Source: Paraspadella gotoi
Taxonomy: Eukaryota; Animalia; Chaetognatha
Length of the DNA: 64,000 nucleotides
NCBI GenBank assembly: GCA_051294375.1
Contig: CM119267.1
Coordinates: 10,225,458 to 10,289,457, forward strand
Reading direction: 5' to 3'
This document shows positions 47,786 through 62,700 of the stretch, in pieces (position 1 is the stretch's first letter; each line of letters starts with the position of its first letter). The position numbers and the translations under genes are program-made. The notes under the pieces were generated by a model. The model ran no database searches. It was not told the DNA's origin and worked only from the letters and a program-made list of their open reading frames with translations.

Positions 47786-50700
47786 TTACTTGCGACAGCA
47801 ACATCCTTTGTATTTTTCACGAGCAACAGGATTTTGGTCCGCCCGCTAAAAAAAAACCAAAGGAAAAAGAAGCTATTTTTTCAATCTTGCGCCCCCCCAT
47901 AAAAAAGAGATACTTTGTATGGCTATAATAACGGCCTTCAAAAAAGGGCTGTGCCACGATTGATTACAAACCAAATGAACCACCCACGCATACCTGGGAT
48001 GTGATTGTCTTTAGGGCGAGAAAACCGACGGCAAGAATTCCTAGGCCGGCGGCCAACCATGTCACTGGACCGCCGACACCTTGGTGTAGAAGGGAAGACA
48101 GAGAGAAAGAGAAACCAATACACATAAATTAAATTTTTAACGAATAATTTAACAAAAACAAGAGGTAAAATCGAGACTTTCGGTATTTTAACAGTATATT
48201 ATAGGACTAAGCTCTGACGAACAAAGCCAGAGGTTTTTTTAATATATTCTTATACCGGCCAAGGTAGAATGATGGCAATATTGTTAATATTAAGTTTCAA
48301 AAAAATCCTACCATAAATATAGAAAATATTAACCAAAATATTTGGAAAATTGACCCCTTCTTTGGAAGATTTTCGCCATAGAAGATTTTTCCCGAATCTG
48401 ACTCCCGGTTGAAAACTCTTAGAATTCCGATCGTTAGCTCCTCTTTTACTTTTACTTTAAATAAAAATTTCACCAAAATGGACTAATTCACTTTCCCATG
48501 ATCGTATCATATCAAAATAACCAAATAAAATGTAAAGAAAAATTTTGAGAGCCCTTCAGACATATGGCTATCGGATTCCTGAATTTGAAGTTTATTATAA
48601 AATCACAAAATCCCTTTATTTTATATATAAAAATTGCGTAAAAAAATTTTCTCGAGCGGACCAGTCCATTTGAATCTGATGGTTTTATGTCAAAATGATG
48701 GTTATTTGTCAAGAGAAAAAAAATGCGAGCCCTTCAGATGCAACAGGATCGGAATCGAGTGTTTTTACATCTATTTTTTACCTGAATTTTTCCCAGGGGT
48801 GTTGACATTATTTGGTAGTCAGATTTTAACGAAAATCTCCATTGAAAAAGTCTTCCTCGATTTCTAAGAACGACGTAGACTCCTAAGTATAATGAATGCT
48901 CACCTCCGTCGTCGGATTCTTCTTCGATTGTTTCGGTCTCAATAGGTTTAGACGGTTTCGACGACCTTTTTTTGTCGGTCGGTGTGCCTCGACCGCTATC
49001 ACCGGCTCCACTCTTTCGCGAACCTGGCCGCGAAGAAGTGCGATCGCCCGACGGACCCTTCGTCCCCACGCTGGGTCCTTTGCTTGTGTCTACGGTGATG
49101 CTCCCTGATTGGCTCTTAGCTTCGCTTCGCTTCTCGGAGATGCGACTGGATACACCAGACCTGATATAATTGGGAAATCACGTCAAATCTTGTAATCTCA
49201 TTCAACGGCAACAAAGCCTTGCAACCTCTCCCCAGAGATCTTCATGGATTCTTTTGCAGTTTCATCTTCTGTGAGGGACGAGCCTCGGCCTTCGCCGCAC
49301 CGGCAGTTGGGCTTCTTGCCTTTCGCGGTCGCCGCTTGACATTTGCAATTAAGGACTTTCCTCTTTTTGTCGCCCGGGCCTTTGGTTTCGCAGGCACAAC
49401 CGAGACCGTCCGGGAGAGTCTCAGCCGATTCCTGAGACGCTTTCGATTTCTTCGATATACGAGACTTTCGTTCTTGATCCGTTTCTGTGGAAGATTGATA
49501 ATGCTTTTCCTCGATTATGGTTCTCTTATCGTGCTAGGTTCTTAAAACTACTCGCCTGGTATTATGGAAACGATCCTAGAAGGTTGTTCCGACTCCACTT
49601 TTTCCAAGGCACAAGACTCGGTGCATGTGGCAACGCACTTGTCCGATTTTCCCGAAGGCGCGGTGCACTGAACGGCCTGCTTTTCGCATGGGCAAGTGTC
49701 GGCAGTAACGTCTCTGACCGAGCTGGCTTTTTGGGACGTAGATCGCTTTTTATCTGTCAGAAGTGCTAAGATTAACATTCAAGTCATAGCGTAAGTAAAA
49801 GGATATTTGTTAATTCGATATAAAAATAAAACCTGAAACTCTTCTTGACCCTTCAATCTTGGATTCGTCTTCGGGCATAAATTCCACCTCCTCCTCAGTT
49901 TGGGACGGTTCGGTCTTTTTTTTCGTCGTCCCTGGAACAAGACGTGTCGTTCTAAGCCTTGTTTTAATTAAACAGCGATTAAACTATCGATTACAGTTAC
50001 CGTAAAGAGTACAGATTTGCCCAGCAGGGACAGTTGTTGTCCTCTTTCCACCCACGGATTTGGCCCTTTCGTCCGCCGTGCTTTTCGTTTCGCTCTTGGT
50101 CGATTTTCTCGTTTTCTCTGTTAAGAAGAATAAGTATACATTCAGTAATTTTGTTTTCAGTCGCGTTTCGTCAGGAAATGCATTTCATTTAACAGTTGGT
50201 TCGATGACTAAAAGGTTGAAAAATACAATACGTACAATAATTAATATTGAATAATGAATACCTTTGGGTTTGTCTACAGCGTCAGTGTCTCTTTGAATGC
50301 CACTGGTTTTTTCTTGCTTTGGCGTGAATTTTTTATCCGATGTAAGGGATTTTTTTGGAAAGTCTAGGATGAAATAATGAATCATCGAACAAATAACACA
50401 ATTCGCTATTAAATTATTTTAACTTGAACGAATTACCCGGTAATGCTACAAACGCAGCATCTCGCGTTGAAAAGGACGATTTTTCTTGGGGTACGGAATG
50501 TTTTTCTGACTTGGAAGATTTTTTTTTGGCATCTGCAATGATTATAATAATATTTTAATCGTTCTTTGAATATTTTTAGCCGTTATCCATATTGATTCAA
50601 TTGAAAATACCTGGGGCCGCCACATATGCCATATCCCCTTTCGAAACGGCTGCTTCTTCTTCGGCTAAAGATTGTCTCTCATATTTGGACGATTTCTTTC

Positions 50701-53700
50701 GTGATTCTACGATTTTTTTTTATTGATCGTTGTGTTCAAACAATAAAAAATGTGGCTGTGAATTCTCGCTTGGAACATTGAAGGGCGATTGAAACTAATT
50801 CTTTAAAATCCACCCGTAAGTTAATAATTTACCTTGAGCCGCAATAAACGCCATATCTCCCTTTTCAACCGTTGCCTCTTCCTCCGGCGTCGAATACTTT
50901 TTGGCTTTCAAAGATTTTTTCCCAGAATCTTGGAAGGAAAAAAAAAAAATTTGCATGATATTCAGATACAATTATACAGAGATGTCAGATGTCAGTCGAA
51001 GAAGGATCGAAATAAAAAGCGAAACTCGAGCGCACCCGCGGGTTTTTGCTTCATCCCGCACTCGTCCGAACACTCGACTTCGCAGACCATCGATCTATGA
51101 GGTCCGGTCCCGTCGTCCTTCTCGTACGTGGCGATTTCGCACGGACATGCCGAATCCTCGGCATATTTCTGAGACAATTCGTCCGGGACGCTTTTCTTTT
51201 GCGCCTTGGACGTCTTTCGACCGCCGACAGCTTTCAAGAGAAGAAGCCTTTTGTTTTCGCTGGGAATTATTGGGGGTTCCCACTCTTCCATCGTTTTCCC
51301 TTCCCCTTCCCCAATTCCCATCAATATTAATGAATAATGATGATTCAATAATATCTATATAAAGATTTATTATTATTTACACATGTCCAACTTAAGCGCA
51401 CCGGCGGCTCCGGCGTTTTCTTTCATCCCGCATTCGTCCGAGCATTCGACTTCGCAGACGATCGATCTGTGTGGACCTGTCCCGTCGTCCTTCTCGTACG
51501 TGGCGATTTCGCAAGGACAGCCAGTATTCGCCGCAACGAGCTGAGACATTTCATCATTGACGCTCTTCTTTTGCGCCTGTGACGTCTTTCGACCGCTCAT
51601 AACTGTTTAAAAAAAGCCCTCTGTTTTGGCAAGAAGCCCTGGTCGGGCTGGTGTTTATTCTTTCCCTCTCCATCTTTCCTTCCTTCGCTTTCCCTCCAGC
51701 TTCCCTATGTATAACCTACCGGAAGCCTTCTCTTCGCTTGCGGACGGATCGCTGACGACTTGCGTCTTCATTTTGAGATCTTCGTCACCTTGAGTCGGTT
51801 CAAATTTAAACTTCTATAATAGTAGTTATATAATACTAATATAAATGGTTAATGCTATTAATGAAGCAATTTGTTGCTCTCTTTAAAAATTCAAAGATGC
51901 TTGCCAAAATAAGGAATATTGAATAAATAACAAAATTCGGCCCGTAATCAATACCTTTAACCAAAGCGCCGCAATCATCGGCGCAGGGCGCGTTGCAAAG
52001 CCGAGTAGACCCCTCAACTCCCCGCGACTTGCGAGCTTCCACTGCGCAATTGCATTCCTCCGTTAAAGCATCTCCCTCTTCCGTCTTGCCTTGATCGGTT
52101 CTGGCCGATTTCGATCTTCGATCGCCTGAAAGGAGTTGGCAATTTATGTGTAATTATAAAAAAAAGTATTTAAAAAAAAAAAAATTCAAACGTTATTGAT
52201 TTACATACGGTAATTAAATTGAATCAGGAAATAATTTCGAAGATAACGAACTGACCAGCACTGCTCCCCTTCGCCAACGAAGTCTTCCCCGATTCGATGT
52301 CATCAAGGGCACACTTTTCGCCACAGCTTTGAACGCACTTCCCCGCGGTCCTCGATGCGCCCGAGCCTTTAGGGGCGTCCACCTGTTCCTCATCGCAAGG
52401 GCAGGTCTCCGGCATCGCCTGCGCCTCTCCAGCCATCAAACGAGGCGTTCGCGACGAACGTTGGCTCCCTTAGGGAAGTGTGGTGGGGCAATCGCGATAA
52501 TATAATTATTATATATATATATTATTAATCGGATTAATAATATTTCGTCATTAGTCACTATTCGACCGTGAATTCATAATTAACTTTCCCTCACTACCTT
52601 TAGGCGCGGAAGCCTTTCCAATTTCTTGCGATCCGCAGATTTCGGCGCAGGCGGCTTGGCAGTGAACCGGTTCGTCATCAGGACTCCCGATCTCGCAGGG
52701 GCAACCCTCGTCTTCCTCGAAGCGGGTGCCGCGTTCGGCCGAAACCTTTTGAGGTTTCGAGGAAGTTCTCAGTTGACCTGCAAATAACAAAGAATCAAAT
52801 GTATTCAATTTCTTTAGATTTTTTATCAACATGAGGAGTCCGCATAACTAATGTCGGAAACCTCGTTTGTAAACAAAATAGCATCTGGGTTTTTTTCTTC
52901 TTCGCGTTCTTTTCTCAATATAATAAATATAATATAATATAATAAATCCCAGTCGTTCTCACCCGTGGCGTTGCTGCGCTTGGAGGCTTGAGACGCGATT
53001 TCGCATCCACAATCTTCGATAATCTCGATGTCGTCTTCTCCAGCGGTGGACTTCGCCGAAGGAGCCTTTGACGATTTCTTTGTTCCTTTTTCTTTTGAAA
53101 GTTAAATAAATATATGATAAATATCATTTATACGTTATAATAAAATAATATCGAATATCGATAGAAATAATATCATCTTGTGGCGGTATAACCGCCACAA
53201 TCTTTTTTTACCTGAACTCCGCGCCGACTTCCGGGACGCGACTTCGCAGGCGCAGCCACCAAACGCTTCAGCTTGACTTTTCTTCGGGGTTTCGTAACCC
53301 GCCGAAGGAACCATCTGCGGTTTCTTTTCACCTTTTTTCATTTTCAAGGGGATAGAAGATTAAATTGAAGAATAAGGTTCGCTAAAGTCTAAACTGTTTT
53401 CGGCTTTTTACCAGTCGACCGCTTCGTCGAAGGCATCGCGACTTCGCAGCAACAAGCGTCAATTTTGTTAGCGGGCTGTTGCTTTTCCGCTCCGTACGTC
53501 GTGCAAGGAGCCTTGGTTGATTGTTTCATTTCTAGAAAAACGGACAAACAGAAAAAAAAATTCAGAATTTTTTGTGACCAATATATAGCCAACTTTTGAC
53601 GCTTGCCTTTGACAGACGATGCCTTGGACCTGCCCCCAGTGCCGCAGGTGTCTGAGCACTCGGCTTCGCAAGTCTTAGACGGGGCAGGGACAGCGCCGCC

Positions 53701-56700
53701 GCCGTCTCCTTTCTCTTCGTAACTCTCGATCTCGCAAGGGCACCCGTGTCCGGCGGAGACTTTATCCGCCTTCTCCGAGGGAACGCTCGTCTTCTGAGCT
53801 TTTGACTTCCGCTGTGGCTGCCCTGCGCGAGCGGGCGAAGAGAAACCGATGGAATTCATTTTGTGAATATCTTGAGGCGGTGTCAATTCGAAACAAAACA
53901 CACCAGCGGGCGTTCCTTTCTCCGACGACGTCAATTCGCAGGGACACCCACCGGTCTCCGAGATTTTCCCGCCTTTTTCTTGTGGGACGCTCGACTTTTT
54001 TAGTCGGGAAGATTTTCGAGATCCTCCTAGAGGCCGAAGTAAATAAAAGAAGCGTAAAAGATAACTGGCAAGTCTTTTGATTTTGTAAAATGTTTACTGC
54101 AGCTTGTTCTCTTTTCAGATTTTTAACTTTTACGATATCGCTTATTTAAGCTCACTATCTTCATCGGCGGCGAGCTCGCATGGACAACCACCGTATTCCG
54201 CCATAGGCCCGCTTCGTTCTTGAGGCACGCTGGGCTTATTCTTCGCCGACGACTTTCGCGGTTCACCTTTTGAAACAAATATTATCAGCTATATTAAACG
54301 CTATAAAGCTAACTCTTTATCCTTACTCTGTTTTCCCTGAGCCTCCAGATCGCAGGGACATCCGTTGATCTGGGAAAATCGTTGCCCCTTCTCCTGAACC
54401 GAGCCCGCTTTTTGAGACTTGGAATATTTTTTCGGCTTCGCTAAAAATCATTTGTAGTAATCATGGAACTTTTGCTCAAATTTTTACCCTTTCAATTTCA
54501 ATTTGTGAAAATCTAATTTGAGTTTAATGCTCACTGCTCAGCGAGATAAACCTTAAAATTTTTATTTTCACTATTTCCATTTGATTGTTTTTTTTAAACA
54601 ATTTTTCTAAACACATTGGCCATTTAAAGGCCAATTAAAACGTAACTTAAGAATTACATTATTCCAGTCATTCTCTATCCAAAAGTAAAAAGATATTATA
54701 GGTTTGGGATCGAGAATCTTAATTTTGTTCTACTCAACGAGATAAACCTTAAGATTTCAATTTTCAAGATTTCCATTTGTACCGTGAGCCGCCTCCTCCG
54801 CCTCGTCCTTCGGTCTCGGCGCGTCTTCCTTGATAAAAGTCGCTACTTCACAGGGGCACCCACCGTCTTCGTCCAAGCGCACCGTCGCTTCTTTGGGCAC
54901 GCTCGTCTTCTGGGCTTTCGACGTTTTTCTCGTCTCCGCTGGAAAGAGAGAGTGATACTGATAGTGAGAAAAGAGAGAGAGAGAGAGGGGGGGGGGTAGA
55001 GAGAGAGAGAAAGAGATGGAGAGACAAAAACACGTGTTTTTCTGCTTTGTGACGAGGGTTACCAAATGCATGTTGTTACTCGACTCGAGTTAGCTATTAT
55101 CTGCCGCCGGTTGCCCATTTGTTTTACCGAGAGGACGTTTCTTCTCCTCTGCCGAAGAAGCCCATTCCGCGCAACCGCAGCCCTCAACGTCAACGACGCT
55201 GCCTTTAAGCGAACTCATCTTCTGCGGTTGGGATGCTTTCTTGGCTTGGCCTTTGAATGGGGAAAGCGACGGAAAAGCTTGGTAATATTTAAAAGAAAAT
55301 TTACTTCCTGCCTTGATTGTTTAATTACCCATGTCTCGCGGAGCAGCGGCCGTGTCTTCACAGCCGCACCCTTCGACGTTAGCGATGCTGCCCTTCAGGG
55401 AGTTCGCCTTTTGAGCCTGCGCCGCTTTTCTTGCGGCCTCTTAGTTTTTTTAAAGAAAAAAAAAATTAAAAACTTCAGCGAATTAAATCATTTTTGACAA
55501 AACTGTCACCCGCTCGCATCCGTGCCGCGGCGTTCTCACAATGACAGCCTTCCATGTCCATTGCTCGATTTTCTTCCTTTTTAGGAATACTGGTTTTAGC
55601 AGCCACGGACGGTTTTTTCGCTTGCGTTTCTAAAGTCAGTGTATCTGTATATTTTCACGGTTCCGATTATTTTTCTTTACGGAGGCTTCATATTTTTAAA
55701 TTAAGTGGTGGTATTTAGTGACCACTGAACAGAATCTGTTCCCACCGAACTACCCCTGGGGGTATTTTAGTAGCATCAGATGCATTAACGTCTTAAACAT
55801 TATGAAAACCATCAGAAGAACTACTAATGAAATTGTTTTACACAAACTGTGTTCTTGTTTTACTTTATGTTTGTGAAATCAAAACATTCCTTTCTCGTGA
55901 TATGAATAGACTTAATGTTGCTGTTAATGATGGTATGCGGAAAATCTTTGGATACAATCGATGGGAAAGTATTCGTGAACTTTGCAGCTTGTTTGGTTAT
56001 CATGTTTAACAAACGTAGAAAGACTTTTATTTCTAAGATTTATTCCTTAAAAAAATTTTATTCTTAAGGGATTGATTCCCTTTTTTACGACTTGAAAACA
56101 ATTTTAAAAATTGTTTACTGTTACTACTTTATTATCAATATTATTTTCCCTCTCTCCCCTTTTTTTAAACACATTTTGCAGACTTATGTATGTATGTTTT
56201 GTTTGTTTTCTGTACTGAATCTTACCAATTTTCCCAATTATTCCAAATCTAACTTGAGCAGCTGATGTTCATGAAGCTGAAAATTAATGTTAATTAATTA
56301 ATATTTTTGTGGTAATAAATACGTTTTTGTGGAAGAGTAAATGTCTGTTGCAACAGTTCAAAACAAAAGTAATTTTTGCCCATATCTCAGTACAGAGGTC
56401 AAATATTGAAATTCGCCTCGATATTTCTATTTGTATTCGCATAGGGATCGTTTATACTAAATTTCAATGAATTTGGTCCAGTAGTTTTTTTGAGGAACAG
56501 AGTCTGGTCACATAAAACCACCATCTCATTTTATAATATGAAGCTTTCCGCCTCTCTGTAGTTTTTTTCCTTACCAGTCTTGGTCATCGCCGTTTCGCAA
56601 CCACAACCAGCGACGCCCGTTGATGCTGTTTCTTCTCGCACAGGCGTGCTCGTCTTTGCGGCCATTGATGGCTTTTTAGGTTCTTCTACAAGAAATATGG

Positions 56701-59700
56701 GTGACATCATGTATAGTTAATAATGATGTATAATAATAATTTTGTAAAAAAAAAAATCGTTTCATCAATTTACGACCTACTTTATATAAAAAAATTACCT
56801 GCTAAACATTCCTTCGCCTCGCAAATACAGCCATCCTTCTCAGCTGCTGCAGTTTCATCACCGTGAGGCACAGAAGCTTTGGCTGCCATAGATGGTTTCT
56901 TTACCTCTAAATTTGATAGGGTATATTTTATTTATTATTAGAAGTGATTAAAAAAAAATTTAAATTCATTTATTGCCTCTTTGAATGGGAGACATTTCAC
57001 ATCCACAGGTTTCCATTGCTGATTGAGCAGTCTCGACTTCTCTCGGCGCACTGACTTTCACTGGCATGGAAGGTTTCTTCGAATCTTGTTTAAAAGGAAA
57101 CGCGGATAAATATTTAATGTTTTATCAAGAAATAACTGGTTTATTACTTCTCTCAATCCCAGCAGTTTCACAACCGCAACCAGCCACAGAAGCAGCAGCT
57201 GGTTGTTCACGAGGCGCGCTCACTTTTGGAGCCATGGAAGGTTTTTTCGATTCTTATTTAATAGCAGAAAAATAATTTAAAAATTTAAGTTCAATCCAAA
57301 AATATCAAAACTATCATACCTCTTAGATTCCCTGCAGCTTCACATCCGCAACTAATGGCTGAAGATGCAGCAGATGGCTGTTCGGGACGTACACTCACTT
57401 TTTTCGATTCTTTTTAGTAATGGAACATCAAAAATGATAAGAATAAAATTCATTTTATATCTAAATTTTTTACATAGAATATACTATACCTCTTTCAATC
57501 CCTGCCATTTCACATCCACAACCAATGGATGATGATGTAGCTGGTTCTGGACGGATGCTCACTTTTGGGGGCATGGAAGGTTTTTTTGATCCTTTTTGAA
57601 AATTAAACAAACAAAATCCTAATAAGAATAAAATTAATTTTATATCAACAATTTTGGCACAAAATATACTTCTATCAATCCCTGCCGTTTCACATCCGCA
57701 ACCACCCACTGAAGATGCAGCAGCTGGTTGTTCAGGAGGCGCGCTCACTTTCGGGCCCATGGATGGTTTTTTCGATTCTAATTTGAAATTAAATCTTTAT
57801 GATTTTCAGTCCACTACAATTTTATCCTCATGCTAATCTTTTGTTGTTTTTTTTACCTTTTCTATCCTTAGTTATTTCACAACCGCAGCCGCCGCCGACC
57901 GAGGGAGGCGCTTCGACAGGAACACTCACTTTTTGTGATTTTACAGATCCTCCTAGTGAAATAGAATCTGTATTAAAAATATTAGAATTTATCTTAGATT
58001 TTAGAGCAAAGAACGTAAAGGCGTTCATTAAAAAAAAACCCAGTTTTAAAAAAAAAAGTTTTGAGATGAAAGAAACAACTTAAGCTGCGGCAACTCTCCT
58101 TAGTCCTTACCCTTTCCTCCCGCTCGGTCAGTCTCATCGCACTCGCAGGATACAAAATCAGAGGCGATCACTTGTGGCGGCGGGCCGCTTTTTCGCGGCA
58201 CAGACGATTTCAACGATCCTGCGAGGCAAAATTTAAAAAAAAAAAGATAACTACAAATGAGAATACCACTCGACGCAACATTTGATAACAATTTTCCTGA
58301 CCCGGTTTAGCTTCGGGCACCGCGGTCTCGCATCCGCAACCTCCCATGTCTTCGGCTTCGACTGCATCACGAGGGGGCACGCTACTTTTCTCTGCCATCG
58401 ATGCTTTTTCCGTATCACCTTAAGCATAAAAAATAAATATGTAAAAGAAATGGTTATTTAACGAGAACATGAACAATCCGGAATCGGATCGAAGACATCG
58501 TACGAGCACGCCTATGATGGTTGATTTTTTTAGCCTATCCCAGGGCTTAAATGGAAAACCATATGTTGTTTAATTCTTTACCGGAGATTTCGGGGACGGT
58601 GTCGCAGCCACAGCTCTCAAAATCAGCGTCGTCGGCGGCCGTATCCTTGAGAGCGCTGCTCTTTTTGCTTTGCGACGCCCTTCCGGTATCGTCTTATAAA
58701 ACGTATTACGTAAATATATGAAACTGTACCAGCAGGATTATCCCTTCTCCTTACCAGTCGCCTGAGTGACGACTTCACAACCGGCGCACGTTTCCGAATC
58801 AGGAACTTCTTGATACGAACTGAACTTGACCTTGGACGCTTGCGATGGAGCTTAAAAACGAAGAAAGCGACTTTGAATTCGATCGAAAGAATCTTATTAA
58901 AGAGTCGAACTTTCACCTAGGCTCCCTTGATCAACCATGCCGTCCTCCATCAGGCATCGACAACCTTCTGAAGTCTCCAATTTCTAGAAATGGAAGAGAG
59001 AGAGATATATATTATATTATGTATATATATAAAGAGAGAGAGATACATACTTACTTACGCACATGTGGATAAGGCGCTAAGTCGGCTGAAGACTACAATC
59101 TGTACTTTCTATGCCCCCTCGCTGAGGGCTTCAGAAGACCCCAAGACGGTTTACGAACGTCCTCAAGCTTCCAGCCGAGTAGGTACCAGGTTGGGATTGA
59201 AACCGGTACCTAGTGGTCATGAGCTGATGCCTTTACTCAATGAGCCACCGGGTCACGAGTGAAGGTATCAATCTTATAGGCAGGTTGAACTTAGGCCAGA
59301 CTACATACATACATACATAAATAATAATTTGTTTAGAAAAAATTAAAGCTTCGCAAGCGAATTTTAACTTTGAACACATAAAAGAAAGATTATCTCCTCT
59401 TTTCAAATCTATCACTTTAGAATCTTTGCTGGATTTAAACTTTTTGTCTTCGCTTCGTTTCGCGACGTCACCGACGCTCTGTTCCAGGGCTGACGACCTT
59501 TCCAACGCCTCGCCACCGCTGAAAGGGATAGGGTAATATATTTCTATTTTTCTCTCTCTCTCTCTCTCTCTNNNNNNNNNNNNNCCCCTAAAGAACCCAC
59601 ACCTCATCCTTCCCGGGCTCTTCTTCTTTGCATTCTCTTCACAACAGCATGACACAAATTCCGCCTGCGATGCGCCGATGCTCGTGTGGCTTCCGTTGCC

Positions 59701-62700
59701 CGAAGGTCGGCAGGTCTCGCCGCCGCAGGCGCAGTCCGCGTTGCGTTCGCGCTCCCTCTTTTGAAAATAAGTTCAACGATATCAGTCATGAAAATAAAAA
59801 TAAATTAAGAAAAAGGGTCATTCAATTCAACTTCAAAATAGGCTAAAATGGAGTACAAATTCAGAAAGCTGAGCTCCTGGCGATTCCGAAAATGTATCCA
59901 CTTTAAGCATTTGATGCATTCTACCCCATTTTATATCGGTTTTAATTATAATATAAAATAAAAGAAACCTATCTGAAGAGTTGCAGGTCAAACGAAAAGG
60001 CCAATCCATCTGATATTTTTTATGAATTTTTTATTACTGAATTAGAAAAATGTAATAGAGAGACATTTCTAAATTTCAACTTGTATCCTTGAAAATGAAA
60101 CGTTTTTAAACTTTAACCCTGAATTCTTTCTCACTGGAACGCGTTTATCAAAATGTCTCTCTATTACATTTTTACAAATGTTTTTAAGATTGCTAATCAA
60201 ATTTTTAATTCAATATTATTGCAGTCGTTTAGGCTGCAACTCTTCAAATTCAGTGTAGATTCATTGTAGCTCGAATTTCTTTACCATCTATTTAACTGAA
60301 GATTTTGTTCATGACTGGAAAACCAACAGAGTAACGAGATTAATTGCTTAATTCTCCCCTTCTAAACTATCCCATACCGTGTTTTAACTTCTTACCTAGA
60401 ATTTTTTAACAACCAGATTGAAAAACAAATCTTTAAAAAATGTGCTTACCCATTTAACTTAACAATTTTGTTATTTACCCATTTAAAAAAAATTATTGAA
60501 AACGGAATGTTTACATATAAATAAGAACTTATTTTTTTGTGATTACTGATGACTATAATGTATTTCTCGATATATTAGCTCTAACACATCAATGATTACG
60601 TATTGTTATGCTGAATGACCTTTCCTCTTAAAAAACAGCAAAATAATCATTAAAAACAAAATAAATCAGAAAAAAAATATTAAAAATATTTGATAAAAAT
60701 CATTTTAAATCTGCAATAAATTTTATTTCAATTTTGAAAGCTTAAATGATTCGAACAAAGACGACGACAACGAATACAACGTACTTTGCGTAAGAATGAC
60801 CTGGTTATACCCGACCATGAATGACCTTGTTATGGCTGACATTTTCAGCCAATGTAAATACGAAGTTGTTTTCGTGATTTTTACCGGTTTTTTCCATCTT
60901 TTTTTGGTAATATACGTATTTCTTCTGTCACAAAAAACACGCCTCGAATTTTTCTCCAAATTCTTGTTTTCGAGTCACCGCCATTCACTAATTCCTTAAT
61001 TATTCAATTCATAAATTCATGAATAATATTCATGAATTCATGAATAATATTCATGAATTTAATTTAATGACAGGCTATGCCTATGGTCGGTTGAGGCCTC
61101 CATCCCTCTTAAATATAGCAACCCTGCAAGCTTTCAATCAAGACTCTCTCACAGTTTAATTTATAAGGTCCAGGAGAGCTTGGCTTCCCTTATTTGATTG
61201 ATTGATTGATGGATAGATACTTTTTTTTTCAAGAAATCTATTCTCACCACTTCCGGTTTTCGCCCGTCGTCCTTGACGTAGGTAACAGTCTCGCACTTGC
61301 AACCTCCTTTCGCCCCCTCGGTTTCCTCGGCGGCGTCGTCTTCGGCCGAGGGCGCCGTCGACTTCCGAGCCGAAGACTTCGGCGACCCCTTGGAAGGCGT
61401 CGCCGTCGAGCTGTCGGAGAAAAAAAAAAAGCGAGAGCGTCTCGTCCCTGATCACGAAGGTCTAATAGGAAAGCGCTTAACTTACGCGGTGAACGGCGTG
61501 CAGAATTTTGGTCTTCCTCCCGCCGTCGTCGTCGTCGCTGCGGATGATTCCGTCTCAAACTGGGACACGTTTTTCTGCTTGGATTCTTGGAACGAGTCGC
61601 TGACGGATCCCGTCTCGATCGAAGCCTCCAGCAGTTGCGATCCCGTGTCGGTCGAGCTGTCGTCCGTTGCCGGCGATCCCAGCGGGTAACTCACGACCTC
61701 GTCGACCGCCTGTATTGCCTGGGTCGATCGCCTGAAGATATTTGTAAAAAACAGAAACCGGATCCGGACGCGATAACATCGATTGCCCTTTTGTTTTTTT
61801 TTTGGGGGGGGAGGAAATCGAAATTATAAGCATGAGGAATTGAAAATAGGGAAAGGAGAGAGAAAAGAAGATGAAAAAAAAATAAATAAAAGAAGAGAGA
61901 AAGAGATTTTAATTTACAATTAACATTACAAACAACGCGGGACGATTTTATCCCTCCGAGTTGACTTCTCTACTTCCGACAAACCTTTCGACCGGCGAAT
62001 AGATTTCCGTCTCCGCTATGACGTAAGTAGGATAAGAGTCTTGCGCCAGCGTCGCCGACTTCGCTTCGATCGGAGCAACGCCCACGAAGGACTCTTGACG
62101 TCCTTGATCTGCGAACGATGCGGAAGGTAAAAATGTCTCTTTAAATTTAAAAGTATGCAATCATCTATTATTCACTAATGAAACAAAGTCTCTCACCAGC
62201 TACTTTGTTGAGAGATGCCTCCGCCTCAGCGTTTTGCTTGGCGCTACAATCACAAGCGGCAAGGCATCCGTCCGTCGGCGCTTCCTGCTGCTCGAGGATA
62301 AACAAAGGCATACAAAATTACAAATCGACATCATTAACAACAGAAGTAAAAATCTTTTTTCCATTTTTAAACCTGATTGGCGGAATCCCCGAAATCATCC
62401 TCCTCGCAACAGCAGCTCTCGTCCTCGGTGATCTTTTCCGCCTGATTTCCCGTCGTGTCCGTTTCAACGGCCGACATGTCGTTGTACTTGTGAAGGTTCT
62501 TTCCGCCCGACTTGTCGTTCCCCAAATCGTCCTGTCGATCAAAGGCCTCGTCGACTCTTCCGACGTCCTTTCCTCCTTCGATCCCATCGTCTTCTCTTCC
62601 TTCGCTCAGTCTCTCTTCGATCGTCTCGTGAGCCAACGAGGTTGCTCCAGGGTCCATCTCCGCGCTCCTCACCGATTCGTCGCCCTCGTTGGCCGACTTC

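Noticed and set aside
47786-48080. KASH domain at the C-terminus of the giant protein (a SUN gene is in the window)
   Set aside because: The tail after the TM lacks the terminal PPPX motif.
56575-57960. CRISPR-like repeat-spacer array
   Set aside because: Eukaryotic context; the repeats are degenerate coding exons bounded by splice sites, and there are no cas genes.
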